A stretch of 64,000 nucleotides of DNA from Candidatus Saccharimonadales bacterium (GTDB lineage Bacteria; Patescibacteriota; Saccharimonadia; Saccharimonadales; UBA4665), in contig DATEJI010000108.1 of NCBI GenBank assembly GCA_035278105.1, positions 142,350 through 206,349 on the forward strand, read 5' to 3'. Numbering within the stretch: position 1 is the first letter of the stretch; the number at the start of each line of letters is the position of its first letter. The notes under the pieces are model-generated. The model was not told the origin of the DNA. It saw only the letters and a program-made list of their open reading frames with translations, and did not search any database. Below, piece by piece: positions 1 to 10,431 of this stretch. A program made the position numbers and the translations under genes.

Positions 1-9
1 GCAATATAC

Positions 10-447
10 TTACTTCTGATCTGTGAGCTGACCATTCGGCAGGGCTCCTACATCTTTAAGTGCTTGGCGAATCCCCATCAGGGCTTGCTTGACGTCGGTC
101 TCTTTCAGCTTGAATGTGGGCTCGGCGTCAATTTTGTTGCGCAGCTTGTGGCCGAACCACACGCCGTCGTTATCGGTAAATAAACGCTGCGCTTTTACCA
201 ACCGCTCGCCCATAGTGCGGCCGCGAATGTGCTTTTTGCGCAGCGCTTGGTCGAGGAGCTGATCCGCCTCGGCAATGGCAGTGGCCCACTGTTTTTTATC
301 GGGCAAGAGCTTTTGCAATTCCTGCCATTTGATCTGAAAATAATCAGTCTTGAGCGGCTTTGGCCGCTTCCAGCGCCAAAACAGCACACCGGCGGCAGCC
401 ACTACCAATGCCAGCCCCACATAGACACCAATAACGAATAAGGTCAT
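10..447 (-). CDS. Hypothetical protein with N-terminal membrane anchor, translationally coupled to gatA
   Basis: 145-aa ORF with a hydrophobic N-terminus (VIGVYVGLALVVAAAGVLFW) and a basic helical body; start overlaps the gatA stop. Confidence 0.7.
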   Translation of the reverse strand: MTLFVIGVYVGLALVVAAAGVLFWRWKRPKPLKTDYFQIKWQELQKLLPDKKQWATAIAEADQLLDQALRKKHIRGRTMGERLVKAQRLFTDNDGVWFGHKLRNKIDAEPTFKLKETDVKQALMGIRQALKDVGALPNGQLTDQK

Positions 448-1871
448 ACGAGCAGCTCCTGCGCCGCTTTGGCAATGCCCAACAGCTCGCGATCGTGTCG
501 CTGCGGCGCCATAATCTGCAAACCTACTGGCAAATTGTTATCGTCAGTGCCCGCCGGTACGCTTACCGAAGGAATGCCGACCAAACTTGGTGCCACAGTC
601 ATAATGTCGAGGAGGTAGGCTTTGAGGGGGTCTTCAGAAGCCTCTCCCACCTTAAAGGCAGTCTCCGGCGAAACCGGGCCAATTAAAAAGTCTACATCCT
701 TAAAAACATTGTTAAAATCGTTCACGAGCTTGGTGCGCACGAGCTGTGCCTTACGGTAATAGGCGTCGTAATATCCGCTAGAAAGCACATAGGTACCGAC
801 CATAATTCGGCGCTTGGCTTCCCGGCCAAAACCATTGCCGCGTGAGAGCGTATAGCTTTCTGCAAGATCTTTTGCTCCGCCATAACTATACGGATAACGC
901 TGGCCGTCATATCGACTAAGATTGCTGCTAACTTCTGCCGGGATAATAATGTAATACGCTGCCAATGCCAGCGGCAATGAAGAGAGGCTCACCTCTTGCA
1001 CCTCGGCGCCCGCCGCCCGCAGCTTGCCGGCCGCTGCCTGGATCTGACGCCTGACGCCTTCGGCCACACCCTCGCCCATGTATTCTTTAATGAGGCCGAA
1101 CTTCTTGCCCCTGACGTCGGCCGGCGGATGAGCGTAGCCTGCTGCATCTCGCTCAATTGTCGTGGAATCGAACGGATCGCGGCCGGCGATAACATCAAAT
1201 ACTTCGGCGACATCAGCGGTGCTTCGGGCAAGCGTGCCGACCGTGTCGGTGCTACTGGCCATCGCCACCACTCCGTATCGCGACGTTAAGCCATAGCTCG
1301 GCTTAAAGCCAACGCAGCCGACAAGACTGGCCGGCTGCCGCGTAGAACCACCGGTGTCGGTACCGAGCGCAAACGGCACCATGTCGAGCATAATCGCCGC
1401 CGCCGAGCCGCCAGAAGAGCCACCGGGCACACGAGTTTTGTCGGCTGGATGCTTGGTAATCATGTAGTCGCTGTTTTCGGTGCTCACGCCGTGGCCGTAC
1501 GCATCCTGGTTGGATTTAGCCACACAAATTGCCCCTTCAGCCTCCAGACGTTCAATAACCGTTGCCTGGTACGGTGCTGTAAAGCCTTGTAACATGTGGC
1601 TAGCGGCAGTTGACTCAGCCCCAAAAACCAAAAATGCATCTTTTGCAATGAACGGTACACCGGCTAATCGGCCAACCTTCTCGCCATTTTTTACTGCAGC
1701 GTCGATGCCAGCAGCGCGTTCGCGCGCGCGTTCGGCCGTCGTCCACAGCACCGCATCATAGTCTTTTTTTTCTTCGATAGTCTTGAGCGACTGTTCCACG
1801 AGGTCGCTCGCTTTGAGCTCGCCACGCTGCACCTTAGCAGCTAGTTCAGTAATCGGCAGCCACTGGCTCAT
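444..1871 (-). CDS. gatA: Asp/Glu-tRNA amidotransferase subunit A
   Basis: Amidase signature PGGSSGGSAAA, GTDTGGSTRQPA, SSGYYDAYY; adjacent to gatC. Confidence 0.97.
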   Translation of the reverse strand: MSQWLPITELAAKVQRGELKASDLVEQSLKTIEEKKDYDAVLWTTAERARERAAGIDAAVKNGEKVGRLAGVPFIAKDAFLVFGAESTAASHMLQGFTAPYQATVIERLEAEGAICVAKSNQDAYGHGVSTENSDYMITKHPADKTRVPGGSSGGSAAAIMLDMVPFALGTDTGGSTRQPASLVGCVGFKPSYGLTSRYGVVAMASSTDTVGTLARSTADVAEVFDVIAGRDPFDSTTIERDAAGYAHPPADVRGKKFGLIKEYMGEGVAEGVRRQIQAAAGKLRAAGAEVQEVSLSSLPLALAAYYIIIPAEVSSNLSRYDGQRYPYSYGGAKDLAESYTLSRGNGFGREAKRRIMVGTYVLSSGYYDAYYRKAQLVRTKLVNDFNNVFKDVDFLIGPVSPETAFKVGEASEDPLKAYLLDIMTVAPSLVGIPSVSVPAGTDDNNLPVGLQIMAPQRHDRELLGIAKAAQELLV

Positions 1872-2161
1872 CCGATCATCCTCTTCACTTTAATCTGCTT
1901 GTCTTGGACGTGTGGCACGAGGCGGAGCAGGTCGTCGGAGCTGACACCGTAATCTTGGACTTCGTCGTCGCGCATCACATTTTTGAGGCCGGTGACTTGT
2001 GAGGTAGGCTGCAACCCACTAACATCGGTAGATTGCAGTTGCTCGACGTAGCGCAGAATCTCGGTCAGCTCCTGTTGGTAGCGCTCGACTTCGTCGTCGG
2101 CGAGCGTTAGCCGGGCGAGCCGAGCCAACTTTAAGACATCATCCCGTGTTACATCTGCCAT
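1868..2161 (-). CDS. gatC: Asp/Glu-tRNA amidotransferase subunit C
   Basis: 97 aa, VLKLARLARL and MRDD motifs; overlaps the gatA start. Confidence 0.93.
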   Translation of the reverse strand: MADVTRDDVLKLARLARLTLADDEVERYQQELTEILRYVEQLQSTDVSGLQPTSQVTGLKNVMRDDEVQDYGVSSDDLLRLVPHVQDKQIKVKRMIG

Positions 2162-2246
2162 ATTTACTCTACTATACCAGATATTCTATGCCAGCACTAT
2201 GGCGTCAGGCCCCGCGGCAAGTTATGCACGCGCTGTGCAGCCCATG

Positions 2247-4211
2247 CTACATCTTCTTTTTTATATCATTGATGATGTCACGCAACTCGGCGGCTTGTTC
2301 GAACTGCAGATTAGCCGCAGCCAAGTCCATCTGCGCGGTCAAATCCTTAAGCAAGCTCTTGTATTCATCTTTCGGGATCTTCTTGAGGTCGAGCTTCGCA
2401 CGCTTGGCTTCCTCTGGTAGATCGGGGCGCAGGCCTTTTTCAATTGCTTTGCGAATACCCGTTGGTGTGATGCCGTGTTGCTGGTTGTACTGCTCTTGGA
2501 CAGCGCGACGACGATCAGTCTCATCAATCGTACGGCGCATACTCTCGGTGATATGATCGGCATACATAATAACTCGACCCTCCACATGGCGTGCAGCACG
2601 GCCAACGGTCTGGATCAGCGCTTGCTCGCTGCGCAAAAAGCCCTCTTTGTCGGCGTCAAGTATCGCCACCAGCGAGACTTCCGGCAGGTCGAGTCCTTCG
2701 CGAAGCAAGTTGATGCCCACCAGGACGTCGTACACACCCAAACGTAAATCGCGCAAAATGTCGCTGCGGTCGAGCGTATCAACATCGCTGTGCAAATACG
2801 CTACTTTAATGTTCACCTCTTGCAGATATTCGGTCAAATCTTCAGCCATACGCTTGGTGAGCGTAGTGACAAGCACACGCTGGTGCTTGCCCGTGGTGGT
2901 GCGGATTTCAGCGATGAGATCGTCGATCTGACCCTCGATTGGCCGAATCTCAATCTTCGGATCGAGCAACCCTGTCGGACGGATGACTTGTTGCGCTGGC
3001 TTGGGCGAGCGGCTGAGCTCGTACTCTGCCGGCGTGGCGCTGACATACACGACTTGGTTCACGTGCTTTTCAAACTCGGTAAACGTCAGCGGCCGGTTGT
3101 CCATGGCGCTCGGCAGACGAAAGCCATGCTCCACCAAGACCTCTTTGCGGGCGCGATCACCATTGTACATGCCGCGGATTTGCGGAATAGTCATGTGGCT
3201 TTCGTCCACTAGCAGCAAGCAGTCATCCGGATAGTAATCGAGCAGCGTCGCCGGCTGCTCGCCCGGCTCGCGGTCGGTCAGATAGCGGCTGTAGTTTTCG
3301 ATGCCCTTCACGAACCCAGTCTCTTGCAGCATTTCGAGGTCAAAACGCGTGCGCTGCTCCAGGCGTTGCGCCTCTAGCAGCTTGCCAGTTGTCTTAAATT
3401 GATGCAGGCGTTGTTCAAGTTCTTTCTCGATCTTGCCAAGCGCGAGCTGCAGCTTCTCGTTCGGAGTCACGTAGTGCGAACCCGGGAAGATATCGAGCTC
3501 GTTCGGCTTAGCCAAAATCTCGCCAGTGAGCGGATCGATTTGCAGAATGCGCTCAATATCGTCACCAAAAAACTCGATCCTATAGGCAAGCTCTTCGCCG
3601 GCCGGAAAAACGTCGATGACGTCGCCACGAACGCGAAATGTGCCACGGTGGAAGTCGATGTCGTTGCGCTGATACTGGATGTCTGTAAGGTGTCGCATGA
3701 GTTTGTCGCGCAAGCGGTGCTCGCCACGCCGGATGTTGACCCGCAAATCGTTATAATCCGCAGGCGAACCGATGCCATAAATACAACTCACACTGGCGAC
3801 GATGATAACATCGCGGCGGGTCAGCAGCGCGTCGGTGGCAGCGTGGCGCAAGCGGTCGATCTCTTCGTTGATTTGGCTGTCTTTTTCGATGAACGTATCC
3901 GAGCGCGGAATGTACGCCTCTGGCTGGTAATAATCGAAGTAACTGACAAAATAGTGCACGGCGTTGTCTGGGAAGAATCTTTTAAACTCTTCGTAGAGCT
4001 GCGCGGCCAGCGTTTTGTTGTGGCTCAGCACCAACGTTGGGCGCTGCACATTCTGAACAAGATTAGCCATGGTAAACGTCTTGCCCGAGCCAGTCACGCC
4101 CAGCAACGTTTGGTGCTTGAGGCTATTGTTCAACCCCGCGGTCAGTTGCGCAATCGCCGCCGGCTGGTCGCCAGTGGGCCGGAACTCGCTATGTAGTTGA
4201 AAACTCGCCAT
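2247..4211 (-). CDS. uvrB: Excinuclease ABC subunit B
   Basis: [13 protein letters not shown] Walker [22 protein letters not shown] motifs; C-terminal UVR domain. Confidence 0.98.
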   Translation of the reverse strand: MASFQLHSEFRPTGDQPAAIAQLTAGLNNSLKHQTLLGVTGSGKTFTMANLVQNVQRPTLVLSHNKTLAAQLYEEFKRFFPDNAVHYFVSYFDYYQPEAYIPRSDTFIEKDSQINEEIDRLRHAATDALLTRRDVIIVASVSCIYGIGSPADYNDLRVNIRRGEHRLRDKLMRHLTDIQYQRNDIDFHRGTFRVRGDVIDVFPAGEELAYRIEFFGDDIERILQIDPLTGEILAKPNELDIFPGSHYVTPNEKLQLALGKIEKELEQRLHQFKTTGKLLEAQRLEQRTRFDLEMLQETGFVKGIENYSRYLTDREPGEQPATLLDYYPDDCLLLVDESHMTIPQIRGMYNGDRARKEVLVEHGFRLPSAMDNRPLTFTEFEKHVNQVVYVSATPAEYELSRSPKPAQQVIRPTGLLDPKIEIRPIEGQIDDLIAEIRTTTGKHQRVLVTTLTKRMAEDLTEYLQEVNIKVAYLHSDVDTLDRSDILRDLRLGVYDVLVGINLLREGLDLPEVSLVAILDADKEGFLRSEQALIQTVGRAARHVEGRVIMYADHITESMRRTIDETDRRRAVQEQYNQQHGITPTGIRKAIEKGLRPDLPEEAKRAKLDLKKIPKDEYKSLLKDLTAQMDLAAANLQFEQAAELRDIINDIKKKM

Positions 4212-4244
4212 CCTTATATTGTAACAGTCTTTGTCGCGTGCAAG

Positions 4245-4367
4245 CTAGCGCAGCCAAGCAAGCCAAATAATAACGCCCAAACCCAACACAGCCAACGCGC
4301 TCAGTATAATTTCACTGAGGGCAAGTTCTTTCTTTTCCTTTGGATTCAGATCGTCATCCTCGCCCAT
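4245..4367 (-). CDS. 40-aa single-pass membrane microprotein (not in ORF track)
   Basis: Manual translation MGEDDDLNPKEKKELALSEIILSALAVLGLGVIIWLAWLR*; AAGGG RBS-like sequence upstream; starts 14 nt after the stop of the upstream gene on the same strand. Confidence 0.6.
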   Translation of the reverse strand: MGEDDDLNPKEKKELALSEIILSALAVLGLGVIIWLAWLR

Positions 4368-4381
4368 GTCCAGCCCTTTCG

Positions 4382-5047
4382 TTAGCCAGCGCGGTCGTCG
4401 CGTACGCCGTTTTGGTGCGCACCGCGCAAAAACCAGTGCGCGTCGTGGTTGCGAAGCTCCTTGCGGAGTTCGGCATAGTGCTTGTCGAGCATTTCAACGA
4501 CCTTTGCAACCAGCCGCGCCGGATCGCTCTCGTACACCACCAGACTCGATTCGCGCCCTTTAAGCTCGAGTGTTTCCATAAGTTTCGGAATAAGATCGGC
4601 CACGCCGCCGCTACCAAGCAAAACGCCGCAGGGCTTACCCGATTCCAGCGTGGAGGTAAACTCGTGCAGCGAGCCAAAGCGCCCGCCGATGGTGATGACT
4701 GCGTCGCTTGATTGCACCAAATACATGTCCCGGCCGACATAGTGCAGGCCGGTAAAGTTAATAAAATCGAAGACATTGTAGGGCAGGCGATACTTGTGGA
4801 CGTGTTCTAATAAACTTTTGGCTGGCGAAAAACCCACACTCGTGCCACCGACGTCTTTGGCGCCTTGCGCCGCAAAAAACGGCAAGCCGATGGTCGCGCC
4901 GGTGGTGATAATGTGCCCGGCCTTTGCGATGGACCTGCCGACTTCCTCGGCCAGTTTGCTGGCGTGCGCCACTGTGCTACCGCCCGCCGCGCCAGACACG
5001 CAAATGGAGTAGCGCAAAAACTTCAGTTCGTTTGTATCGGGTACCAT
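4382..5047 (-). CDS. LOG/SLOG-family nucleotide-binding protein
   Basis: IITTGATIGLP, VGRD, SDAVITIGGRFGSLHE pattern typical of SLOG/LOG-like proteins. Confidence 0.8.
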   Translation of the reverse strand: MVPDTNELKFLRYSICVSGAAGGSTVAHASKLAEEVGRSIAKAGHIITTGATIGLPFFAAQGAKDVGGTSVGFSPAKSLLEHVHKYRLPYNVFDFINFTGLHYVGRDMYLVQSSDAVITIGGRFGSLHEFTSTLESGKPCGVLLGSGGVADLIPKLMETLELKGRESSLVVYESDPARLVAKVVEMLDKHYAELRKELRNHDAHWFLRGAHQNGVRDDRAG

Positions 5048-5061
5048 GTTCGTTTTAATCC

Positions 5062-6321
5062 TTATGCTTCATTGTAAACTGCTTCTTCGGCGAGCGCCAG
5101 CGGTTGTTCGAGTTCGGCGGAAAGTTGGCGATGCACTGCCGCCTCAAGGTTTTCCTGATTCAGATAACGCATCATGAGCTCGTGCCACAAATTGTCGCGA
5201 ACAAAATGCACTACCCGCTCGGCGAATGGCAGATGATTGCAATAGCTAAGGGCAACATCAAGCACGTTGCACGAGACAATCGTGCCGTCATCGTGAATCA
5301 ACCCCAGACATTGCGTGTCTTGCCAAAAAGCCAAGCTGGGCTCAAGCGCAGCAAGCGCTTGTTCACCACCGTACCAGGCCAAATCTTCCAACTGGACGTG
5401 CGGCTCAAAGATTTCAGGGTGATAGGCATCAGCAAACCGAGAATAATAGCGCTGGATCATCCGCCACGGTACCGGCTGCCCAGCCAGTTGCGCGGTGGTG
5501 TACGGTTCGCTCACCGAACTTTCTTGCATGATACTGCCGAAGTCTGGCTTGACCTGCTGCAGTTTCGCGTAGCTGCTGTGAGCGCGAATGCCGTTCATTT
5601 CTTCGAGCATCAACAGCAAGGTGGTGATAGCCAGGCCGTCGAAATCGTGCTCGATCGGCAGCGCCACTAAAGCGCCAAGCTCTGGGAACGATAGCAAATT
5701 GTGCTTAGCTTGCTCCACAACCTGCCGAGACAGAGTATGCCAGCGCTTGGTTTTGGGTGCGACAAGGGCAATAGCGCGCGTTTCGAAATCGCTCGGCGTT
5801 AGTTTGGCGTACTGTTCACGGAACGACTTCTGCCAAGCCACCGGTTCAGTAATCATGGCCGCGGCGTACAACGCGGCAACCGGCTCGTGCTTGAGCATAC
5901 TATCAGCAGAGCGGTACCCAAGCTGTTTCATGGCGATCTTCGGCAGTTTCTTCTTTAGCAAGCGCTTGGCTACGCTGGTTTTGAGGGCAAAGCACTGCTT
6001 GGGCATGTCGTGCTTGGTAAGGAATTTTTGGACACTTTGGATGACGTCTTCGCCGGTTGCGCCGCTGGTAATTCCAAGCGCCCGGCGCACATTGGCTTCA
6101 TCTTGCTTGAGCCGTTCGTGTAGCGCGCTATACAATTCTGGGCCGGTTGTATCGTTTGGATCCAACCCAAGCGCCGAAATTTTGGCGCGCATGCGCTGTG
6201 TAACCTCGGTGGTCAGATGAATGTCGGCGTTTGGTCGGCCGGCGGCGTGCTCGAGCGCCGAGATACTCTGACTAAACGTAGGTTCCCTCGCCCCGAGTGC
6301 CTGTGACAGAAATCGTGTCAT
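5062..6321 (-). CDS. Hypothetical protein
   Basis: Long ORF with host-like composition; start placed at MTRFLSQ (alternative 6351). Confidence 0.7.
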   Translation of the reverse strand: MTRFLSQALGAREPTFSQSISALEHAAGRPNADIHLTTEVTQRMRAKISALGLDPNDTTGPELYSALHERLKQDEANVRRALGITSGATGEDVIQSVQKFLTKHDMPKQCFALKTSVAKRLLKKKLPKIAMKQLGYRSADSMLKHEPVAALYAAAMITEPVAWQKSFREQYAKLTPSDFETRAIALVAPKTKRWHTLSRQVVEQAKHNLLSFPELGALVALPIEHDFDGLAITTLLLMLEEMNGIRAHSSYAKLQQVKPDFGSIMQESSVSEPYTTAQLAGQPVPWRMIQRYYSRFADAYHPEIFEPHVQLEDLAWYGGEQALAALEPSLAFWQDTQCLGLIHDDGTIVSCNVLDVALSYCNHLPFAERVVHFVRDNLWHELMMRYLNQENLEAAVHRQLSAELEQPLALAEEAVYNEA

Positions 6322-6431
6322 ATCTACCCACCAGATTACCACAAGCGCCATGCCAAAAACCAGCCATTCTAAAACCTAGCAAGCTATTTGCGCACCTTGC
6401 GGAAGTAAGAAAAAATTGATATCGTCACACG

Positions 6432-7232
6432 ATGAACGTTCACTGTAGTGAGGCAGTCGAGCGCAGAAAAGCGTTCGATCGGTTCGTGGAAATTACCAAC
6501 GACGCCTTGCAGCATCCCGAGGTCGTATCACGTCTGGGCGGTATGGCTGCCGAGTTAAGCGCTGTTGCCCAGCAATTTTTTCTGCCCAACGTCTACCATG
6601 GCCAGGCGAGCGTGCCGTTTTCGCTACGAGGTCAAGCCGATAAAGTGGCGCTGCTGCCACTCAACGCGCAAGAAGTCGATCGCGCTTTCGAGGTAGTTGA
6701 CCCGCTTCTGGGCGTGTGGGCAGATCGCATGCCTGTGCCGGAAACACTCTATTCCGAAGCCTACGGTCGAGAGGTAGATCCGCGCGTCGAGTTGGCCGCA
6801 CTCCGACCGTCGTCAAGCGACGATGATGGCGGTGATTTGTCTGAATACAATGCCGCCACCATCACCGGCACCGATATGAACGGTGGTTTTATGTTTAAAC
6901 GATCAGCGCCGGTGATTGTTATCTCCAACAATTTTGCCCAGCCCGGCCAAGAGCTAGCAGCCGCATCAACCACGGTTCACGAAACAACACATGCCTGGTA
7001 TGTCTTCAGAAACTGCCCGCTTATTGATACGCCGCCAAGCATAGCCAGCTCCGAACTCTACGCCTACGAAAATGATGGTGTAGTGCTGGAAAGCTTGGGC
7101 GATCCTGACGATTTAGCGGACACTGTTTTCCGCACCGTGCGAGAGCTCCAGCAGCAGCATGGGTTGCCGAAAGCACCGCATACAGCTACGCCTGATTTGA
7201 TCCGCGCCTTCGAAGCATATGGCATTATGTAA
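6432..7232 (+). CDS. Orphan HExxH metalloprotease-like protein (family A, copy 1)
   Basis: VHETTH followed by ELYAY; TATCGT -10 hexamer 6 nt before ATG; aligns by eye with 7327-8154 and 22187-23065. Confidence 0.7.
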   Translation: MNVHCSEAVERRKAFDRFVEITNDALQHPEVVSRLGGMAAELSAVAQQFFLPNVYHGQASVPFSLRGQADKVALLPLNAQEVDRAFEVVDPLLGVWADRMPVPETLYSEAYGREVDPRVELAALRPSSSDDDGGDLSEYNAATITGTDMNGGFMFKRSAPVIVISNNFAQPGQELAAASTTVHETTHAWYVFRNCPLIDTPPSIASSELYAYENDGVVLESLGDPDDLADTVFRTVRELQQQHGLPKAPHTATPDLIRAFEAYGIM

Positions 7233-7326
7233 AGTTACGCGCTCTTTAGATATCGTACGAACAACACACTGTACACCGCAGCCATATCAACTTGCTTTTT
7301 ACTGTTCGGTATTGTTTCATAGTTAG

Positions 7327-8154
7327 ATGCATCTACAGGTTGGACGTGAACACGAGCGGGTGGTTGCCTTTGATCGGATGATCGGGGCTATTGATGGCGT
7401 ACTGCGTAATCCAGAGATAATCGCCGCCCTTGGTAGCACGGCAAAGCCGCTCCAAGGAATGATGGACCAGCTCTATCTGCCCGACATGAGCGACGCCGGG
7501 CCAAACATACCAGCCTCGCTGCGGGATACGAACGAATCTATTGCCTTCATACCAATAGATGACGCCGAGATCAATCGAGCACAAGAGTTCGCAGACCAGC
7601 TCTTCGCCCAAACCATGGGCGAAGCCGTACAACTGCCGCTCGTCGTACCCTCGGTTGCCTATGGCTACTCCATCAACACTGGGAGCGGCCTGGCACTGGC
7701 GATCAAGTGGGAGGCGATGCTGCGCGAGCGCGATACCAAGCTCGGCGGACCGCTTCAATTTGCGCGAGCCTCAGTCGATGCGGGCTTTATTGCAGATGCA
7801 GAAAGGTTAACCTACCGCCAATCGGCGCCGGTGATTATTATGCGAGAAAGCCTCATGCAAAATGGCGATCTCACGCAAGTGGCCTCAACAGGTGTTCATG
7901 AGCTTACCCACGTGGATGACCTGCGCGCGAACGGATTTCTGTTCTACACTCCGTACGGCGCGGCCAGCACGGAAGTCCACGCGTACGAAGCCGGTGGTGT
8001 GGTGTTGGAAGCAATCGGCGATCCTTATCATCTTTCCGACAGCAATCACCAAGACGTACGTGCGGTCCGCGAGCGATATGGCGACCCGGCGTCGCCCTAC
8101 ACCATCACCGGCGAAGAAATGTTCGATTCGCTGTGGAACCTTCAGATTTTCTAG
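7327..8154 (+). CDS. Orphan HExxH metalloprotease-like protein (family A, copy 2)
   Basis: VHELTH...EVHAYE; shares RQSAPVII/GVVLEAIGDP blocks with copy 1. Confidence 0.7.
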   Translation: MHLQVGREHERVVAFDRMIGAIDGVLRNPEIIAALGSTAKPLQGMMDQLYLPDMSDAGPNIPASLRDTNESIAFIPIDDAEINRAQEFADQLFAQTMGEAVQLPLVVPSVAYGYSINTGSGLALAIKWEAMLRERDTKLGGPLQFARASVDAGFIADAERLTYRQSAPVIIMRESLMQNGDLTQVASTGVHELTHVDDLRANGFLFYTPYGAASTEVHAYEAGGVVLEAIGDPYHLSDSNHQDVRAVRERYGDPASPYTITGEEMFDSLWNLQIF

Positions 8155-8203
8155 GTGACCGCGGAAGCAGAGCGGCCAGACTACACAACCAAACGAGCGC
8201 GCG

Positions 8204-9208
8204 CTACAACGGCGTTGGCTTGTAGTGCGCAGGCGCTTTGTGGAGATACGCCAGCAACTCTTTTTCGCTCAGCAAGCCGGCTTGGGCGCCGACCTTTTGG
8301 CAAACGCTCATGGAGTTAATCGGCGCCCAACGCAGCGCATCCTCCAAACTCAGGCCCTTCATGGCCGCGGCGACAAAGGTAGAGGCAAAGGCGTCGCCGG
8401 CGCCAGTGCGGTCGTACGGCGGTTTCGGGTCTGGATAGAGTGGCATTTTCAGTCGCTTGGTGCCGTCCGAGGCATATGCGCCAGCCGGGCCATCAGTAAT
8501 CACGACCACCTGCGGACCAAGCGCGTGCAAGTGATCGAACAGATCGTTAATATCGGCATGATTACCGCCGCCCACCGTTACCGCCTCTTCTCGATTCAAC
8601 ACAAGCACGGATGAGCGCTTGTACAGTCGCGCCAAGCGCTTCGCGCCAGCTTCCATCTGGAACGTGCCGGGCTGAAAGGCCAAACGCACACTGGGATTTT
8701 CCTCAAGCCAGTCCGCAACATCGTCGTGATACGGCAGCGCATGCTTGCTGATGGAGCTAAAGTACACCCAGCGCGGCACTTCCTTCGGCCGGAGATGCGG
8801 CCAATGATAATCGTACTCCTCGTGCTTAATAAGAATGGTGCGCTCGGCTTTATACCAAAGCACATAGTGGTAATTGCTTTTTTTACTGGGATGGATACGT
8901 ACAAACCGTGTGTCAACGCCGTTTTTGCCCAGCGACATAATCATATCGCGGCCTTCTTGATCGCCGCCAACGTTGGTCGCAAAGCTTGTCTTGAGCCCGA
9001 GCCGCGCAAACGCCACGGCACCATTCGCCGCGTTACCCACGCCTTGCACAACCTCGGCAAAATCGAACGGAATCTTGGTGCCGAATGGCACAGAAAGCCA
9101 CTTTTCGCCGCGCGCATCGGTGACTACTTTTTCTTCGTCGTCGAACAGCCGGATGAATGCGTCGGTCACAACGTCGCCGATACTCAAAACGTCAAACTGG
9201 TGCTGCAT
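8204..9208 (-). CDS. PfkB-family carbohydrate kinase
   Basis: GNAANGAVAFARLG and DRTGAGDAF PfkB signatures. Confidence 0.92.
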   Translation of the reverse strand: MQHQFDVLSIGDVVTDAFIRLFDDEEKVVTDARGEKWLSVPFGTKIPFDFAEVVQGVGNAANGAVAFARLGLKTSFATNVGGDQEGRDMIMSLGKNGVDTRFVRIHPSKKSNYHYVLWYKAERTILIKHEEYDYHWPHLRPKEVPRWVYFSSISKHALPYHDDVADWLEENPSVRLAFQPGTFQMEAGAKRLARLYKRSSVLVLNREEAVTVGGGNHADINDLFDHLHALGPQVVVITDGPAGAYASDGTKRLKMPLYPDPKPPYDRTGAGDAFASTFVAAAMKGLSLEDALRWAPINSMSVCQKVGAQAGLLSEKELLAYLHKAPAHYKPTPL

Positions 9209-9313
9209 GCCCCCTCTTTCGAACTGTTATATCGCTAACGTTTATTGTGCCACAGCGCGCGCCCAAAAAGCAAGACGATAGACAACCAGCGTGCTCTATG
9301 GTACAACCGTGCT

Positions 9314-9943
9314 ATGCGTGAAATCCGTGGACTAGGTCATGACGAGCTACAGCAGCTCGTACAAAGCGACGTTTTCTTGAGCCGCGTTAGTGTTGTCGGC
9401 ATGCAGCTCGCGGCCAACAATTTGGAAGGCGGCTTTGCGCTTAGCCGGGCTGGTGATGCTATCTGCTACTCGCCCATGCTGATACCCGAATCATTTGCAG
9501 AAAATGGCGACCTCGATCCAGCAAAAGCGCTGTATGTAAATGACATTACCTTGCGGGCAAATCAAGGATACAATCCTGCGATACTCGCTACGCTGCATGG
9601 CCATCCTACAGAATCCGACGGGGCGTACGATTTGGCCGCCGCACTGCCTTCGTACGGCGACATATGTCGCCTAGCGCAGGTTGAATATCCCGCGAACCCT
9701 GCGCACATCGGCATGGTGGCACACGTTGAACAGGCGCCTGCGCCACACGTGCAGATTCAATGCTTTCGAGCGGGAAATAACTTTACGCCCGACGAACTGC
9801 TTGCCAAACCACTAGATAGCATGTTCTTCCATGATTACCACGCCACACTAGAGGCACACGGTGTGCGAACAGCATCACTGCGCATCATGTCGGATGGCAG
9901 AATTTTCGGTCTCCACAACCTCGAACATCTCTATGAAGACTAA
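9314..9943 (+). CDS. JAB/MPN+-like metalloenzyme (family B, copy 1)
   Basis: LEGG...LHGHP...LPSYGD matches the E-HxH-SxxD layout; start at MREIRG preceded by TACAAC-N6. Confidence 0.65.
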   Translation: MREIRGLGHDELQQLVQSDVFLSRVSVVGMQLAANNLEGGFALSRAGDAICYSPMLIPESFAENGDLDPAKALYVNDITLRANQGYNPAILATLHGHPTESDGAYDLAAALPSYGDICRLAQVEYPANPAHIGMVAHVEQAPAPHVQIQCFRAGNNFTPDELLAKPLDSMFFHDYHATLEAHGVRTASLRIMSDGRIFGLHNLEHLYED

Positions 9944-9966
9944 TCAACGCACGCTACAATACGTAT

Positions 9967-10425
9967 ATGCTTTTACGGACCGCGCTTGGTAAGGCGTATC
10001 GCGGACTGATTGCCAACCGTCACCGGCAGATTCCGTTTTGGGTGTTGGTTGGTTTTTTGCCGACGTTTCTGGCTGCGCGGCTGATTGTCGATAACGCGCC
10101 CGGCGTGTTTTTGCAGGTGAACGGCACGCATGTGCATCATTTTACGTACGGCATCATCATGTTGGCTATTACGGGATTTGTGTCACTGGTGTGGCCATGG
10201 CGGTCGCGAGCGGTTTTGGCGGTCGCTTATGGTATCGGCCTGGCGCTGGCCTTTGACGAGTTCGGCATGTGGCTACATCTGACAAACAACTACAACATCG
10301 ACCAGTCCGAAGACGCCATGGTGGCGATTTTAGCAGTGCTGGTATTTTTAGTGTATGGCCTCGATCTGACTCGTCGCGTGCTGCACAGCGTCTACCCCAA
10401 AAAACCGACCAAGAAAACGCCTTAG
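9967..10425 (+). CDS. Integral membrane protein (about 4 TM)
   Basis: Four hydrophobic segments, HVHHFTYG and FDEFGMW motifs; TACAAT-N6-ATG. Confidence 0.75.
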   Translation: MLLRTALGKAYRGLIANRHRQIPFWVLVGFLPTFLAARLIVDNAPGVFLQVNGTHVHHFTYGIIMLAITGFVSLVWPWRSRAVLAVAYGIGLALAFDEFGMWLHLTNNYNIDQSEDAMVAILAVLVFLVYGLDLTRRVLHSVYPKKPTKKTP

Positions 10426-10431
10426 TAAGCC

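Noticed and set aside
3399-4196. 265-aa plus-strand ORF
   Set aside because: Antisense shadow of uvrB; no motif or own expression signals.
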